Of a stretch of DNA of 64,000 nt, positions 31,140 to 40,535 are shown one piece after another. Position numbers and translations under genes: made by a program. Origin of the DNA: Candidatus Bathyarchaeota archaeon (GTDB lineage Archaea; Thermoproteota; Bathyarchaeia; Bathyarchaeales; Bathycorpusculaceae); the NCBI GenBank assembly GCA_963782525.1, contig CAWAKC010000007.1, forward strand, positions 224,001-288,000. The letters run 5' to 3'. The notes beneath the pieces were generated by a model. The model had not been told where the DNA came from and did not search any database. It saw only the letters and a list, made by a program, of their open reading frames with translations. The first letter of the stretch is position 1. Each line of letters begins with the position of its first letter.

Positions 31140-31226
31140 TTGAGTGCGAGACAATAAAAAATGATAACTTTCAAGTATGTACTTGAACAGTTGAAATTAC
31201 CCTCGAAGAGCCCACCTATAACATAC

Positions 31227-31721
31227 TCAATATTTTAACCAACGCTCTTTCAATACTTCATCAATTAATGCTTTGGTTTCTTCCATTCGCTTCAAATGCC
31301 TTTGTCCTATAAGAAGCCAATTAACCTGAAGGTCACCAGCCTTAATTGAATTCTGGTTCTGCACAAAAGCCTCTTTCGCATCTCTTACTCTTACAGCTTC
31401 ATAATCAGTGCCTTTTATTTTGCCATATACTTTAGTTAGCTTTTTTAATTGATCGGAATCTAAAAGTTGTAGTTGTCCGCTGGCAACGGCTAAATCCCAC
31501 ACGTCAGGATAAAGTTTGTAGGCATCACCAGTTAAGCTTTCTTTCAAGCTATTAAGCTCACAAGAAATATTCTTTAGCAATTCTTTTTTTGTATGTTGCG
31601 CTTTTCTCCAATCAATAACTCGGTCAAGCATGAAAGCCAGAAAAACTCCAGAAAATGTAACTACTAATTCGAGTAATAGAGCTACTTGATTGATACTTTC
31701 AGACATCTTGTTAACTTTCAC
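31227..31721 (-). CDS. Hypothetical protein with N-terminal TM helix
   Basis: 164-aa ORF, one TM segment then helical domain. Confidence 0.7.
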   Translation of the reverse strand: MKVNKMSESINQVALLLELVVTFSGVFLAFMLDRVIDWRKAQHTKKELLKNISCELNSLKESLTGDAYKLYPDVWDLAVASGQLQLLDSDQLKKLTKVYGKIKGTDYEAVRVRDAKEAFVQNQNSIKAGDLQVNWLLIGQRHLKRMEETKALIDEVLKERWLKY

Positions 31722-32159
31722 TTTAGCTAAATATTTCTACGCTATTTAGTTTTAAGTGTTTGCTGTGAAAGAAGATGGTTGAATAGGGGGTGGAATTGAG
31801 GTTAACGTTGGACTCCATAGTACGGTTAAGTAGAAAATGGATAAATTCTGACATTACTAATCAAAAATGGTGGTGTTAGCTTCTGTTAGCTTATTTTACT
31901 AACATTTAACGTCAATAGATGGTTAATCTTTCGTATTCAAATACTTGCCACCATCATTTGTTGGAACATTCAATATATCATATATTATTTTGAATGCCGA
32001 TAAAGCTGTCGACCAATTTAATGGTGAATTATTGATATTTGATGCTAAATAGGCTAAATCCAGAAAAAGTCGTAGATACTTCAAGATTCTTATTAACCTT
32101 AGTTTCCCATGTTTCCATGTTCTTGTAGTCTTCAAAGACTAAGAAACTAACAGTTTTCA

Positions 32160-32579
32160 TTATTTGCTGTTTTGCGCTGGATATTGGCATTCTTTTAATT
32201 CTATCAAAGAAGGTATAGGAATGCCTTGATTTATTTTTTGAAATAATTCATCAACTATTTTTAGGCAGTTATCTCTCTGTGCATTTAGCTGTATTAGTCT
32301 AGGCTTTATAAAATAAACAAGGGTATAAACCAATATCATAAAAATAACTATATTTAGAAGACTTGCTAAATCGGAACTAGCTTTCAAATTAATTAATTGT
32401 GAATATACTGTTCCCTGAAAAAATAAAGTTGCAAGAAAAATAAGATATCCAATAATAAAACCGTAATGAATCGAATAAGATATGTTCACTCTTGTTTGAA
32501 AATAGCTCATTAAAGCTTGAACTCTTTGCAACTCCACCTCTCTATCGACAACCATAGCTTTTTGTTTTTCATTAGCCAT
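32160..32579 (-). CDS. Hypothetical 2-TM membrane protein
   Basis: 139-aa AT-rich ORF with two hydrophobic segments. Confidence 0.65.
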   Translation of the reverse strand: MANEKQKAMVVDREVELQRVQALMSYFQTRVNISYSIHYGFIIGYLIFLATLFFQGTVYSQLINLKASSDLASLLNIVIFMILVYTLVYFIKPRLIQLNAQRDNCLKIVDELFQKINQGIPIPSLIELKECQYPAQNSK

Positions 32580-32664
32580 GCTTACGCTATTTCTACGTTA
32601 TGAAGTTTTAAGTTTTTGCATCGTAGTATAAGTCTTAAAAGACAATGCTCTATTAGTTAACACT

Positions 32665-33369
32665 ATGGCTATTCAACCGTTTGGAGTAAAAGTTAAAGAA
32701 AAACACAACAGAAAGCTTTCGTTTGAACAAATTATTAGTATAGTTCTAAGCATTGCGCTTCTTTTCTCTACTGTCTATTATGCTAGCCAAAATGATAATT
32801 TGCAAAAATCAAATGCTGATTTGCAAAACTTACTCTATAACTATACACCTTTCATATTTTCAAATTATTCAAGCTCAAATCTTCAGAATATATTCTTCTC
32901 AATTAATGATTCAGTCATTTTGTTTGATGGGTGGGTTAACGTTGATTTGAAAGTTGTTTCCCCTTATGATGGGATGTTGAATTTAGACGTTAAAAATTTG
33001 AATTTTACAGATATGAATGGCTCATACGATATAATACCGTATTATTTCAACGTGAGTCTTCTTCAGTATTCAAAGGCTTCAATCGCTGGAGCAAATAATC
33101 ACCAATATTTTATCTCTAAAAATGTTATGAATCCAATAGTTGATAAAATCGAGGTTCAAATGTACGTCTATCTAAATACTGGAGTCCTTCAGGATGTTTT
33201 CAAGGATGTTGGAGTAAATAGCACACTTGGCGTGGGTTTCCCTTTAGGTGATATGACCTTTCAAGCTACCCTTTTTGAAACTCAAATAAACAGAAACTAT
33301 ACTCAGAATTTTATTGAGGGAATACATTGTGAAATTAATAAAAACCCTCAACGGATTATTATTGGGTAG
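32665..33369 (+). CDS. Hypothetical membrane-anchored exported protein
   Basis: N-terminal TM, short coiled coil, Asn-rich with several NxS/T sequons. Confidence 0.7.
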   Translation: MAIQPFGVKVKEKHNRKLSFEQIISIVLSIALLFSTVYYASQNDNLQKSNADLQNLLYNYTPFIFSNYSSSNLQNIFFSINDSVILFDGWVNVDLKVVSPYDGMLNLDVKNLNFTDMNGSYDIIPYYFNVSLLQYSKASIAGANNHQYFISKNVMNPIVDKIEVQMYVYLNTGVLQDVFKDVGVNSTLGVGFPLGDMTFQATLFETQINRNYTQNFIEGIHCEINKNPQRIIIG

Positions 33370-33555
33370 ATTTATAACTTGAAATAGACATTTTGCTCTT
33401 GCTTTTTTTCATCTTCCTATTTGCTGTCTTATTACTGCTGACAACAAATTGTATGAAACAGCAAAAGACCACTTCAGCGTTCTAAATATAAAAGAATATA
33501 AATAAAGTTCTAAAATTATAGCGTTGAAACTTCCTTAACTAAACTTGATTTATAA

Positions 33556-34509
33556 TTAGTCAAGTTTCTCGACTAATTCAGTTTTGGGTTTGTACTTCTT
33601 GAAGTAAACCAGTAAGCCTACACCTACAATGAGTGCTAATGTTCCAGAAGCTATAATTACCAACAATGTTGGCAATGGTGAGGTTCCTATTGTGTTTGGA
33701 CTGAAGACAATAACAGCACCATGAATAAATGGAAAATTTTCATTTTCTTGAGAAATTACCAATTCATTTGAATTAGTGTAGTTTAATGGCGTTAGTGTCC
33801 CATTAGTATGTATAGAATAGGCTTGTATCTTATTTGAAAACGGTTCAACTTGTATATTGAATTTTTCAGGTAAATATTCGAACCAAGAATAGAGAGGATA
33901 TGAAATATTGCTACACCCATAACGCCCATAAATTGGAATTATTAATGCGTAATCTCCCAAATAGCCATAAGATGAACTGGTTTTTGGAATAGGTTGTTCA
34001 TAGTGAACTGTCACAAGAAAATCGCTTGGAACTGGAGAAACTGTCCAATTGACTTCCGCTAGATTGGCATCAAAAATATGGAAAAATCCCTTGTTATCTA
34101 TTTGCCATTTAATTTCTTGGTTATTTATCTTTACTGATAGGTTAGTTATATTTGTTGGAATTGGATAGTGAGCTTCTAATGTATTTTGTGTGACTGTAAC
34201 AGTTACATAAGGTGAGGGGTCTGTTACCAAGCCCATCCCGCTGTTTCGAGCAACATAACTATCTCCGAAACCGTAGATGGTATGCATATGATATTCTGCA
34301 TCAACATTCGCCCAAAATACTCCACTGGAACTTGAAATTGAAGCATGAATATTCGTTCCAGAAACTCCGACCTTCGGGGGAATCTCCGTATACATGGGGT
34401 TTGCTCTAACCGTATTAAAACTTTGAAGTTCGATTGAAATTAAAAGAACCATTGCTAAGAATATGGCTGTCGATATTCTCTTGATGGCAAGGTTTCTTTT
34501 TCTACGCAA
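33556..34509 (-). CDS. Secreted protein, ANP / VYFKK-anchored family
   Basis: Signal peptide ending VRA-NP; SPLPT plus TM plus LLVYFKKYK. Confidence 0.8.
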   Translation of the reverse strand: MRRKRNLAIKRISTAIFLAMVLLISIELQSFNTVRANPMYTEIPPKVGVSGTNIHASISSSSGVFWANVDAEYHMHTIYGFGDSYVARNSGMGLVTDPSPYVTVTVTQNTLEAHYPIPTNITNLSVKINNQEIKWQIDNKGFFHIFDANLAEVNWTVSPVPSDFLVTVHYEQPIPKTSSSYGYLGDYALIIPIYGRYGCSNISYPLYSWFEYLPEKFNIQVEPFSNKIQAYSIHTNGTLTPLNYTNSNELVISQENENFPFIHGAVIVFSPNTIGTSPLPTLLVIIASGTLALIVGVGLLVYFKKYKPKTELVEKLD

Positions 34510-34671
34510 AATTGCACCCGTTGGTTCATTTTTTTAGTATTAGTTTTTAATGTTTTAAGGTGTTAGTGCGGGTATTATTTGGATTTCAATTTGTATACTT
34601 GCCTTATTAACCGACTGGAAATAAAGGCTTATCGTAAACTTCATTGTCTAAAGTCTTTCAAAGTTTCTTAA

Positions 34672-35838
34672 CTATCCAGTATTACGTTTATGCTTCTTGA
34701 AGTAAATCAGCAAACCGGCGACCACAAACACCGCAGCTGCTATCGAAACAGTGCCAACAGTTAAAGTTGGAAAGGTCTCAGATCCCGCATTGGGATGCGT
34801 TGGACTTGGCGAACCAGTCGATGTAGGATTTGGCCCAATCAAGGCGGAAAATGGAAATATTACAGGATAATGATCGATGGCGGTTCCTAGAACTGCGGTC
34901 CCTGTTTTGGTGGTACCGTTTGCATAATTATCAGAGTAGTTTGTGCTGTCGATGATCGCATAAGGTATGTCGCCTATTCCCAAATGGCCCAATTCCGTAG
35001 CATTAGGGTACTTTGACAGGTAATCACTCCAGTAGTTTCCGACAGAACCGTTGTCCCATTGTCCTGCGGGAGATAGTGGAACTATATTTGATACGAATGG
35101 CACGCCGATTGGAACATGGAGTATCTGCGAATTGTTTATGAAATTGTTAGAATAAAGTAGTTGGAATCCGGCGCTGTTTACATTCGCACTTTGAGTGCCC
35201 AGAGTCAGTACCACAGTGTTGTTTGTAACGTTGTTCTCTATGATTGTTGTTCCGTTGCTGTTTAGGATGTCGAGCGCCCAGTTGTTGTTTGTTATGTGGT
35301 TTTGCATTATAAGGTTGTTGTCTCCTTGCAAACGAGTAGCTCCTGTGTCGATAAGAATCGCGGCGTCACTGCTGCCCGACATACTGTTTCCACTCACGAG
35401 GTAATCATCGGCGTATATTGCGATGGCTTGATAATTGCCCCTGAACACGTTTCTTGTTATGGTGTTGTTGTTGAAAGCGCCGTAGACTCCAGCTTTCCAA
35501 CTAGTCACTTGCAGGTTTTCGACGGTTACGTTGCTAGCCATTAGAGTTATTGCTATAGCGTTCTGACTTATGCCAGGACCTTGAAGAGTATGGTTGGCTC
35601 CGTCCAACACGATATTCCCTTTTTCTACGGTTATGGAGCTGTTAAGATCCGCAGTTATTCTGTAGGTGTTTCCTTTCATTTGCATGGCAACGCCAGAAGG
35701 TGTGACGCTTCCGTCTGCTTTGATGGTTATTCCTGTAAGAGATTCAGCTTTAACAGACTGAAGGGTAATTACACAGGATGCCATCAGGAAGATAAGAACA
35801 AACAGTAGGGTGAAGCCTTTACTCATATTCATCCACAT
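34672..35838 (-). CDS. Secreted NosD/CASH-type parallel beta-helix protein
   Basis: ITIKADGSV, NIVLDGANHTL, Asn ladders, GNYWSDY, IDHYP; ETFPT plus TM plus LLIYFKKHK. Confidence 0.85.
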   Translation of the reverse strand: MWMNMSKGFTLLFVLIFLMASCVITLQSVKAESLTGITIKADGSVTPSGVAMQMKGNTYRITADLNSSITVEKGNIVLDGANHTLQGPGISQNAIAITLMASNVTVENLQVTSWKAGVYGAFNNNTITRNVFRGNYQAIAIYADDYLVSGNSMSGSSDAAILIDTGATRLQGDNNLIMQNHITNNNWALDILNSNGTTIIENNVTNNTVVLTLGTQSANVNSAGFQLLYSNNFINNSQILHVPIGVPFVSNIVPLSPAGQWDNGSVGNYWSDYLSKYPNATELGHLGIGDIPYAIIDSTNYSDNYANGTTKTGTAVLGTAIDHYPVIFPFSALIGPNPTSTGSPSPTHPNAGSETFPTLTVGTVSIAAAVFVVAGLLIYFKKHKRNTG

Positions 35839-35886
35839 TAATTATGATATAATTAGTGATAAAAGAGTTCTTTTCAAGGTTCTTGA

Positions 35887-36714
35887 TTAATTCAGTATTA
35901 GCTTATGTTTCTTAAAGTAAACCAGTAAACCCAAACTAATGATAATGGCAATTACTACAAGTGCAATAACTGTAAATGGAAATGATGTCTCAGGCGCTTT
36001 AGCAGTAAAATTTATTGTCTCTGATTTTGTCATATCTCCAAAAGTATTATTGCCAAAAACAACTATGCTGTGATTTCCAGAACTTAGTCCTGTTAAAGTT
36101 TTATTTCCACCTATAGTCACATTGGCTAAATTATCTAAGCTGTAGCCTAACCATGAAGTTGGCTGGTCAACTGTGAAATTCAAAGGAAAAGTTGAAAATG
36201 TTATGTTAGCACTCTGGTCTGTCAGAAGCTTAATTGAGGGAGCTTCATGCGTGATAAAGTAGACTTGAGATGAACTGTCCATAAAGAAAACAAAACTAAA
36301 CATATCATAAACACTTCCTTCTGCCTTAACTGTTAGGCTGTGGTTGCCTGCTGCTAAGTTAGGTGCAACAAAGGAAGTATAATACTGAGAAGTGCCATGC
36401 TCACCTTTCACAAGAATAAAACCTGCGTGTGGAATACTAACACTCTCGTCATCTATTTTGTAAGTCACATCAACGATATCAGAATCATAGCTACTGTATT
36501 GTGGTCCTTTAACGCTAAAGGTAATATTGAATGCCCCTGAGTAGTTAGCGTTGTTTTGTGGGCTGCCTATAGAAATAATTGGTGGAACCGCGCCTTTTGG
36601 AGGGTCAATCTGAGGTGTAAAACCGTAGGGGTTAGCATCCACGCCCTCAATCGCTTGTATCCCAATCAGCAATGAAAGAGCAAACACTATAGAAAAACTT
36701 ATTGTTCTCTTCAT
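35887..36714 (-). CDS. Secreted Ig-like-domain protein, ANP / VYFKK family
   Basis: VDA-NPY; SPQN, LNFTVD, YSLD, TLTGLSSGNHSI; FPF plus TM plus LLVYFKKHK. Confidence 0.82.
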   Translation of the reverse strand: MKRTISFSIVFALSLLIGIQAIEGVDANPYGFTPQIDPPKGAVPPIISIGSPQNNANYSGAFNITFSVKGPQYSSYDSDIVDVTYKIDDESVSIPHAGFILVKGEHGTSQYYTSFVAPNLAAGNHSLTVKAEGSVYDMFSFVFFMDSSSQVYFITHEAPSIKLLTDQSANITFSTFPLNFTVDQPTSWLGYSLDNLANVTIGGNKTLTGLSSGNHSIVVFGNNTFGDMTKSETINFTAKAPETSFPFTVIALVVIAIIISLGLLVYFKKHKLILN

Positions 36715-37616
36715 TTTTTCCCCTTCATTCTCTTAAAATAAACGATTAAGCCAACAGTAGCTAGCGCAACCGCAAACATTGAAGCTAGAACCCAGAGCAT
36801 TGAAAACTGCAAAGGACTCGAAGAATCAGTTTCTACTTTGAAAAAAAGGATGCCTGAAGTGCCTACATACCCAAATGTGTCTGTTGCACAGACCGTAATG
36901 TTATGTTGCCCGTTGGATAAGCCAGTTAGAGTTGTGTTTCCTTTAATTGGTACAGGGTCTTGTCTATCTAGGCAGTAAGTCAGTTTTGGAACCGAGCGGT
37001 CGACTGTAAAACTCAAAGGAAAAGTAGAATTCGTTAAAGAACCATTCTGAAATGATACAAAACTGATTTTGGGGCTTGTATGCACCAAGAGTCCTGCTGC
37101 TGATGAGTTGACATAGAATTTTACCGATATTGGCTTTTCCAAATTAAACGTATATTCGGTTCCATTTTTGTTATAATCGCCGTGTCCATTTGCAACAATG
37201 TTTAAAGTACGATCTCCAGCTGGGATTCCACTAATGTTGAAGTTATATTGCAAGAAACGATTCTCTCCAACGGGATCCACACCAGGCGGAAAAGGACTCC
37301 ACTTTGCGTTTGACATCCAATCGCCCTGATATGTGGTGACTATGTTTAGATTTGTCGTAAGCCCCTCAGGTTGGTTTATTGTTTCATTGAAACAAAAATT
37401 AATGGGTCCATCGGAAAATGAAGCATTCTCCATCGGAGAAGTAACTCTGATGGTTATATTGACGTTATCGGGTGCAGGTACATCAACTGGAAACTTGAAT
37501 CCATAAGGATTAGCCTTGACAGACACAAAGGGGGCATCCACTTGCTCAACAACTTGAATTCCAACAACTAAAAGAAGAGCAAAGACTCCTGCAAATATGG
37601 CGTATCTTCTCTTCAT
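36711..37616 (-). CDS. Secreted Ig-like-domain protein, ANP / VYFKK family
   Basis: VKA-NPY; SPMEN, LSFTVD, GNTTLTGLSNGQHNI; TM plus IVYFKR. Confidence 0.82.
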   Translation of the reverse strand: MKRRYAIFAGVFALLLVVGIQVVEQVDAPFVSVKANPYGFKFPVDVPAPDNVNITIRVTSPMENASFSDGPINFCFNETINQPEGLTTNLNIVTTYQGDWMSNAKWSPFPPGVDPVGENRFLQYNFNISGIPAGDRTLNIVANGHGDYNKNGTEYTFNLEKPISVKFYVNSSAAGLLVHTSPKISFVSFQNGSLTNSTFPLSFTVDRSVPKLTYCLDRQDPVPIKGNTTLTGLSNGQHNITVCATDTFGYVGTSGILFFKVETDSSSPLQFSMLWVLASMFAVALATVGLIVYFKRMKGKK

Positions 37617-38203
37617 GGCTGCCCCTTTCTTCTCCTAAAGTAAACCAATGAGATTGAAGCAACAGCCACTATTACAATCACAATAGCCAGGATATAGACT
37701 ATAGAGGGATTTAACGCAACTTGCATTTTGGGACCTGTGTTAATTGTTGGAATGTTTTGGCTTGTAGTTGGAGTAGCTGAATTAGGGATAATGCCTACTG
37801 TAAACAGCCAATTGGCTGATAACACCTTTCCTTCTGAGTCAGTTGCATAAGCATTGATTGTGTGGTTTCCTATCATTAGGTTGTGTAAGTTTTCCGTGAT
37901 AGAATATATCTGATGATTATTAGGCAAATCGGACTTAAACCAAGTTGTGTATTCTAAATTGGTAGATGTAATATTTGCCTCTCCGTCTAGGCTATAGCTA
38001 ATTGAAACAATTGCTTGAGCATCCATTGAAATATGTACCTCTACGGTGAAAGTGTAGTTGTTCCCATTTGGATAAGTTGGGTTATAACCCCTAACGTATA
38101 CTGAGGGAATTGGGTAAAAGTTAGCTTCTAACATAGGTATTGATGATAACACTGCAATTGCTGACAGTAGGATGATTGTTGTTGCCAAGAGTTTCTTTGG
38201 CAT
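37613..38203 (-). CDS. Secreted single Ig-like-domain protein with TM anchor
   Basis: LEA-NFY; YSLDG, GNHTINAYATD; LVYFRRRK. Confidence 0.8.
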   Translation of the reverse strand: MPKKLLATTIILLSAIAVLSSIPMLEANFYPIPSVYVRGYNPTYPNGNNYTFTVEVHISMDAQAIVSISYSLDGEANITSTNLEYTTWFKSDLPNNHQIYSITENLHNLMIGNHTINAYATDSEGKVLSANWLFTVGIIPNSATPTTSQNIPTINTGPKMQVALNPSIVYILAIVIVIVAVASISLVYFRRRKGQP

Positions 38204-38329
38204 ATACCGTTCCTGTCATATTATGAAGTTGAGTTTGCTTAAGTGGTTTTTTGTCAAACTTTCTTGCCTAAAGTTAGTCAAGATAGTTTTACAAGAAGTC
38301 TTTTATCCGCAACCAACCCTAACCTTAAT

Positions 38330-39023
38330 CATGGGCAGTACAAGCAAGAGCTTCTCGGTACTTCTTGTCGTTATCTTAGCAGTATCAAGCCTAATAATGG
38401 TTGAATCTGCCTCTGCCCAATCAATACCTACACCATCTGTTCCAGAATTTACTGTAACGCTTATCGCTTCTCCTCCTGACAGCCATTTTGTAAATAAAAC
38501 AATAGAGTTGGCAATCAAAAATCAACCCTCCTTTCCTAAAAATGGGTTTTTCTATAATGTTCGCATAAGAATTAACGATGGTAATTGGGGTCTTCTCTAC
38601 CCTAACAATAATAGTGTGCCAAACCAGTCCGATGGTGAATATACAATCTTATCATACAGTTCAGGATATCTTGGGGTTGAATACCAATATCTTTTAGGAT
38701 ATAAGGTAGAGAACCTGACTGCAGATGATAAAATAGATTTTCAAGTACAAGCCATGGTTGGGTCTATATACCGAGTTTTTAACCCTAATGCAACAAACCA
38801 ATTAGAAATGTATCCATATATTTTTACTGGAGAAACAAGTGATTGGAGCAACACACAAACAATAACCATACCTGAAACTTCCACCTCACCCGCACCAAAT
38901 CCAACACCAACTCCTACCCTTTCAGAGTTTCCAGCTTTGGCAATTTTGCCTTTGTTTATTTCTTTGCTCTCTGTGGGTTTGCTTTATAGAAAGCATCGAA
39001 AGACCGCTCGATTCAGTGAGTAG
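38330..39023 (+). CDS. Secreted protein with VPEF near the N-terminus and SEFP anchor (start reassigned to ATG 38330)
   Basis: MGSTSKSFS signal, SIPTPSVPEFT, DFQVQA, GETSDWSNTQTITIP, LSEFP plus TM plus KHRKT. Confidence 0.8.
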
Positions 39024-39139
39024 CTTTTTCATTCTTATGTGGTATGTGACAGGTTGAGACGGTAGAGATGATGATTGAGATAGACTAAATCTGAGAGATT
39101 ATTCTCCTTATTTTAGATAGAGTACCAGACTACATTCAT

Positions 39140-39688
39140 TTAATCAAGTTTTGAATCTATTGTGAAATAAACCTTGGTTTGAGCTAAATGGTCGAGGTCA
39201 TTAGCTTTCAAGTCTCCAAAAACTGTTATCCTGTGAGCGCCTTCGGACAGTTTTTGCAGAGTAATTGTTCCTGTGATTATTCCCACATATTGGTCATTTA
39301 GAGACCTTGGTTGTTCAATTACGGGAAACGGAAGGCTTTCTTGACCATCGAGGCTATAATTCATAAACAATTCAATGTTACTTGCACGTATTACTTGACC
39401 AGTGATATTCAGAGACAATATGTTTGAGCTGTAGGTTGTGTTAACTGGGGAAGTTATAGCAAAGAAGCTCAAAGGCTCGTCAAATGATGCGTTAGTTGTT
39501 GAAGATGAAGTCGGAGAGGGACTTGGGGAAGTCAATTGTGAAGTGGCATTCGGAGAGGGAGATGGATGGGGAGTTGGAGAACTATCGGTATGCTCGGAAA
39601 TTGGTAAAAAATATACTCCCAAGGCGATTATAGCCACTATCGAAACTAACAGAACTAATAAGGCAAAAGCTATAATTCTTTTATTCAT
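39140..39688 (-). CDS. N-anchored Ig-like-domain protein
   Basis: N-terminal TM, SP/TP linker, ITSPVNTTY, YSLDG, LSEGAHRITV. Confidence 0.8.
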   Translation of the reverse strand: MNKRIIAFALLVLLVSIVAIIALGVYFLPISEHTDSSPTPHPSPSPNATSQLTSPSPSPTSSSTTNASFDEPLSFFAITSPVNTTYSSNILSLNITGQVIRASNIELFMNYSLDGQESLPFPVIEQPRSLNDQYVGIITGTITLQKLSEGAHRITVFGDLKANDLDHLAQTKVYFTIDSKLD

Positions 39689-39772
39689 TTTGCATTAACA
39701 CTTTACTCAGAAGAAAATGGTTTGTTAGAAGTTAAAACGTTTTCTAATAAATTTGGCTTCTAACGCATATAT

Positions 39773-39893
39773 CTTAGCCAACAGGAACCGCTTTGTATAA
39801 ACAAAATGTATAAACAAATCATATAAACAAAACGCCCGCCGTTCGCAAACCCCTATCAATTAAACGGTCTGATAAACAGAAGCTTGTCGGGGT
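39773..39893. repeat. Copy B of the ~120-bp iteron-bearing direct repeat
   Basis: CTTAGCCAAC...TGTATAAACAAAATGTATAAACAAATCATATAAACAAAACGCCC; retains the TTG GCT AAG start codons but not the gene. Confidence 0.85.
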
Positions 39894-39943
39894 TTAATAA
39901 ACACGACGCAGATTCCGGCATTTTAGGTTAAGTCGGCTACCGA

Positions 39944-40459
39944 TTAGCAGGTATCTGAGGGTTTCATTTGCTTCAGCATGGTTTTCCGTGGAAGAAAACC
40001 GTATTTTGCATAGAAACAGAAAGCTTCCTAGTTGCCAGAGGCTACCTCAACGATTTTTGCCACTGCTCCTTCCTGATCCATCCAGCAGAGCGCTTTTTTC
40101 ATAAGTGAATCCCCTATTCCCGAGCCCCGGTAGTTAGCGCCAACAAAAATGGATTCAGCCTCACCTATCATTTCTTGATTGAGGCTGCTAACGCAATACC
40201 CAACATTTTGGCCTGTCACTTCATCGACAGCTAAGTCAACTCTCATTTTTCCAGAAGCGGCTTTTTTTATTAAATCTGCCTTTCGCTTCTCAAAAGTCAT
40301 ATCTTTATAGTGCTGCTTAAAATTGGTCGATAAACCTAAATGGTGACTGTTTAGGGCGTCCCACAAAACCCTGATTTGATCAAGCAAAGCGTCGTCACCA
40401 TGAATGAACTCGACACTTCGTTTATTCATCAAATAACCTACCCACTCAAGAGCAATCAT
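39944..40459 (-). pseudogene. GNAT acetyltransferase with an in-frame TAG
   Basis: ESIFV..NYRGSGIG motif A; after TAG (40028-30) the frame continues EAFCFYAKYGFLPRK to TAA at 39944. Confidence 0.8.
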
Positions 40460-40535
40460 TCCCTCAGCAAGTTTAAAGCTTTATTTCCCCGAAAACCCCA
40501 CCTAAACTAGCAAAAAACTCGGTTGAACTTTTAAA

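Noticed and set aside
31923-32135. 70-aa minus-strand ORF
   Set aside because: TTG start, no promoter or SD, no motif; possibly a gene fragment.
21332-39900. Complete provirus
   Set aside because: No portal, capsid, tail, integrase or replication genes are recognisable; the cargo is surface proteins and cooC.
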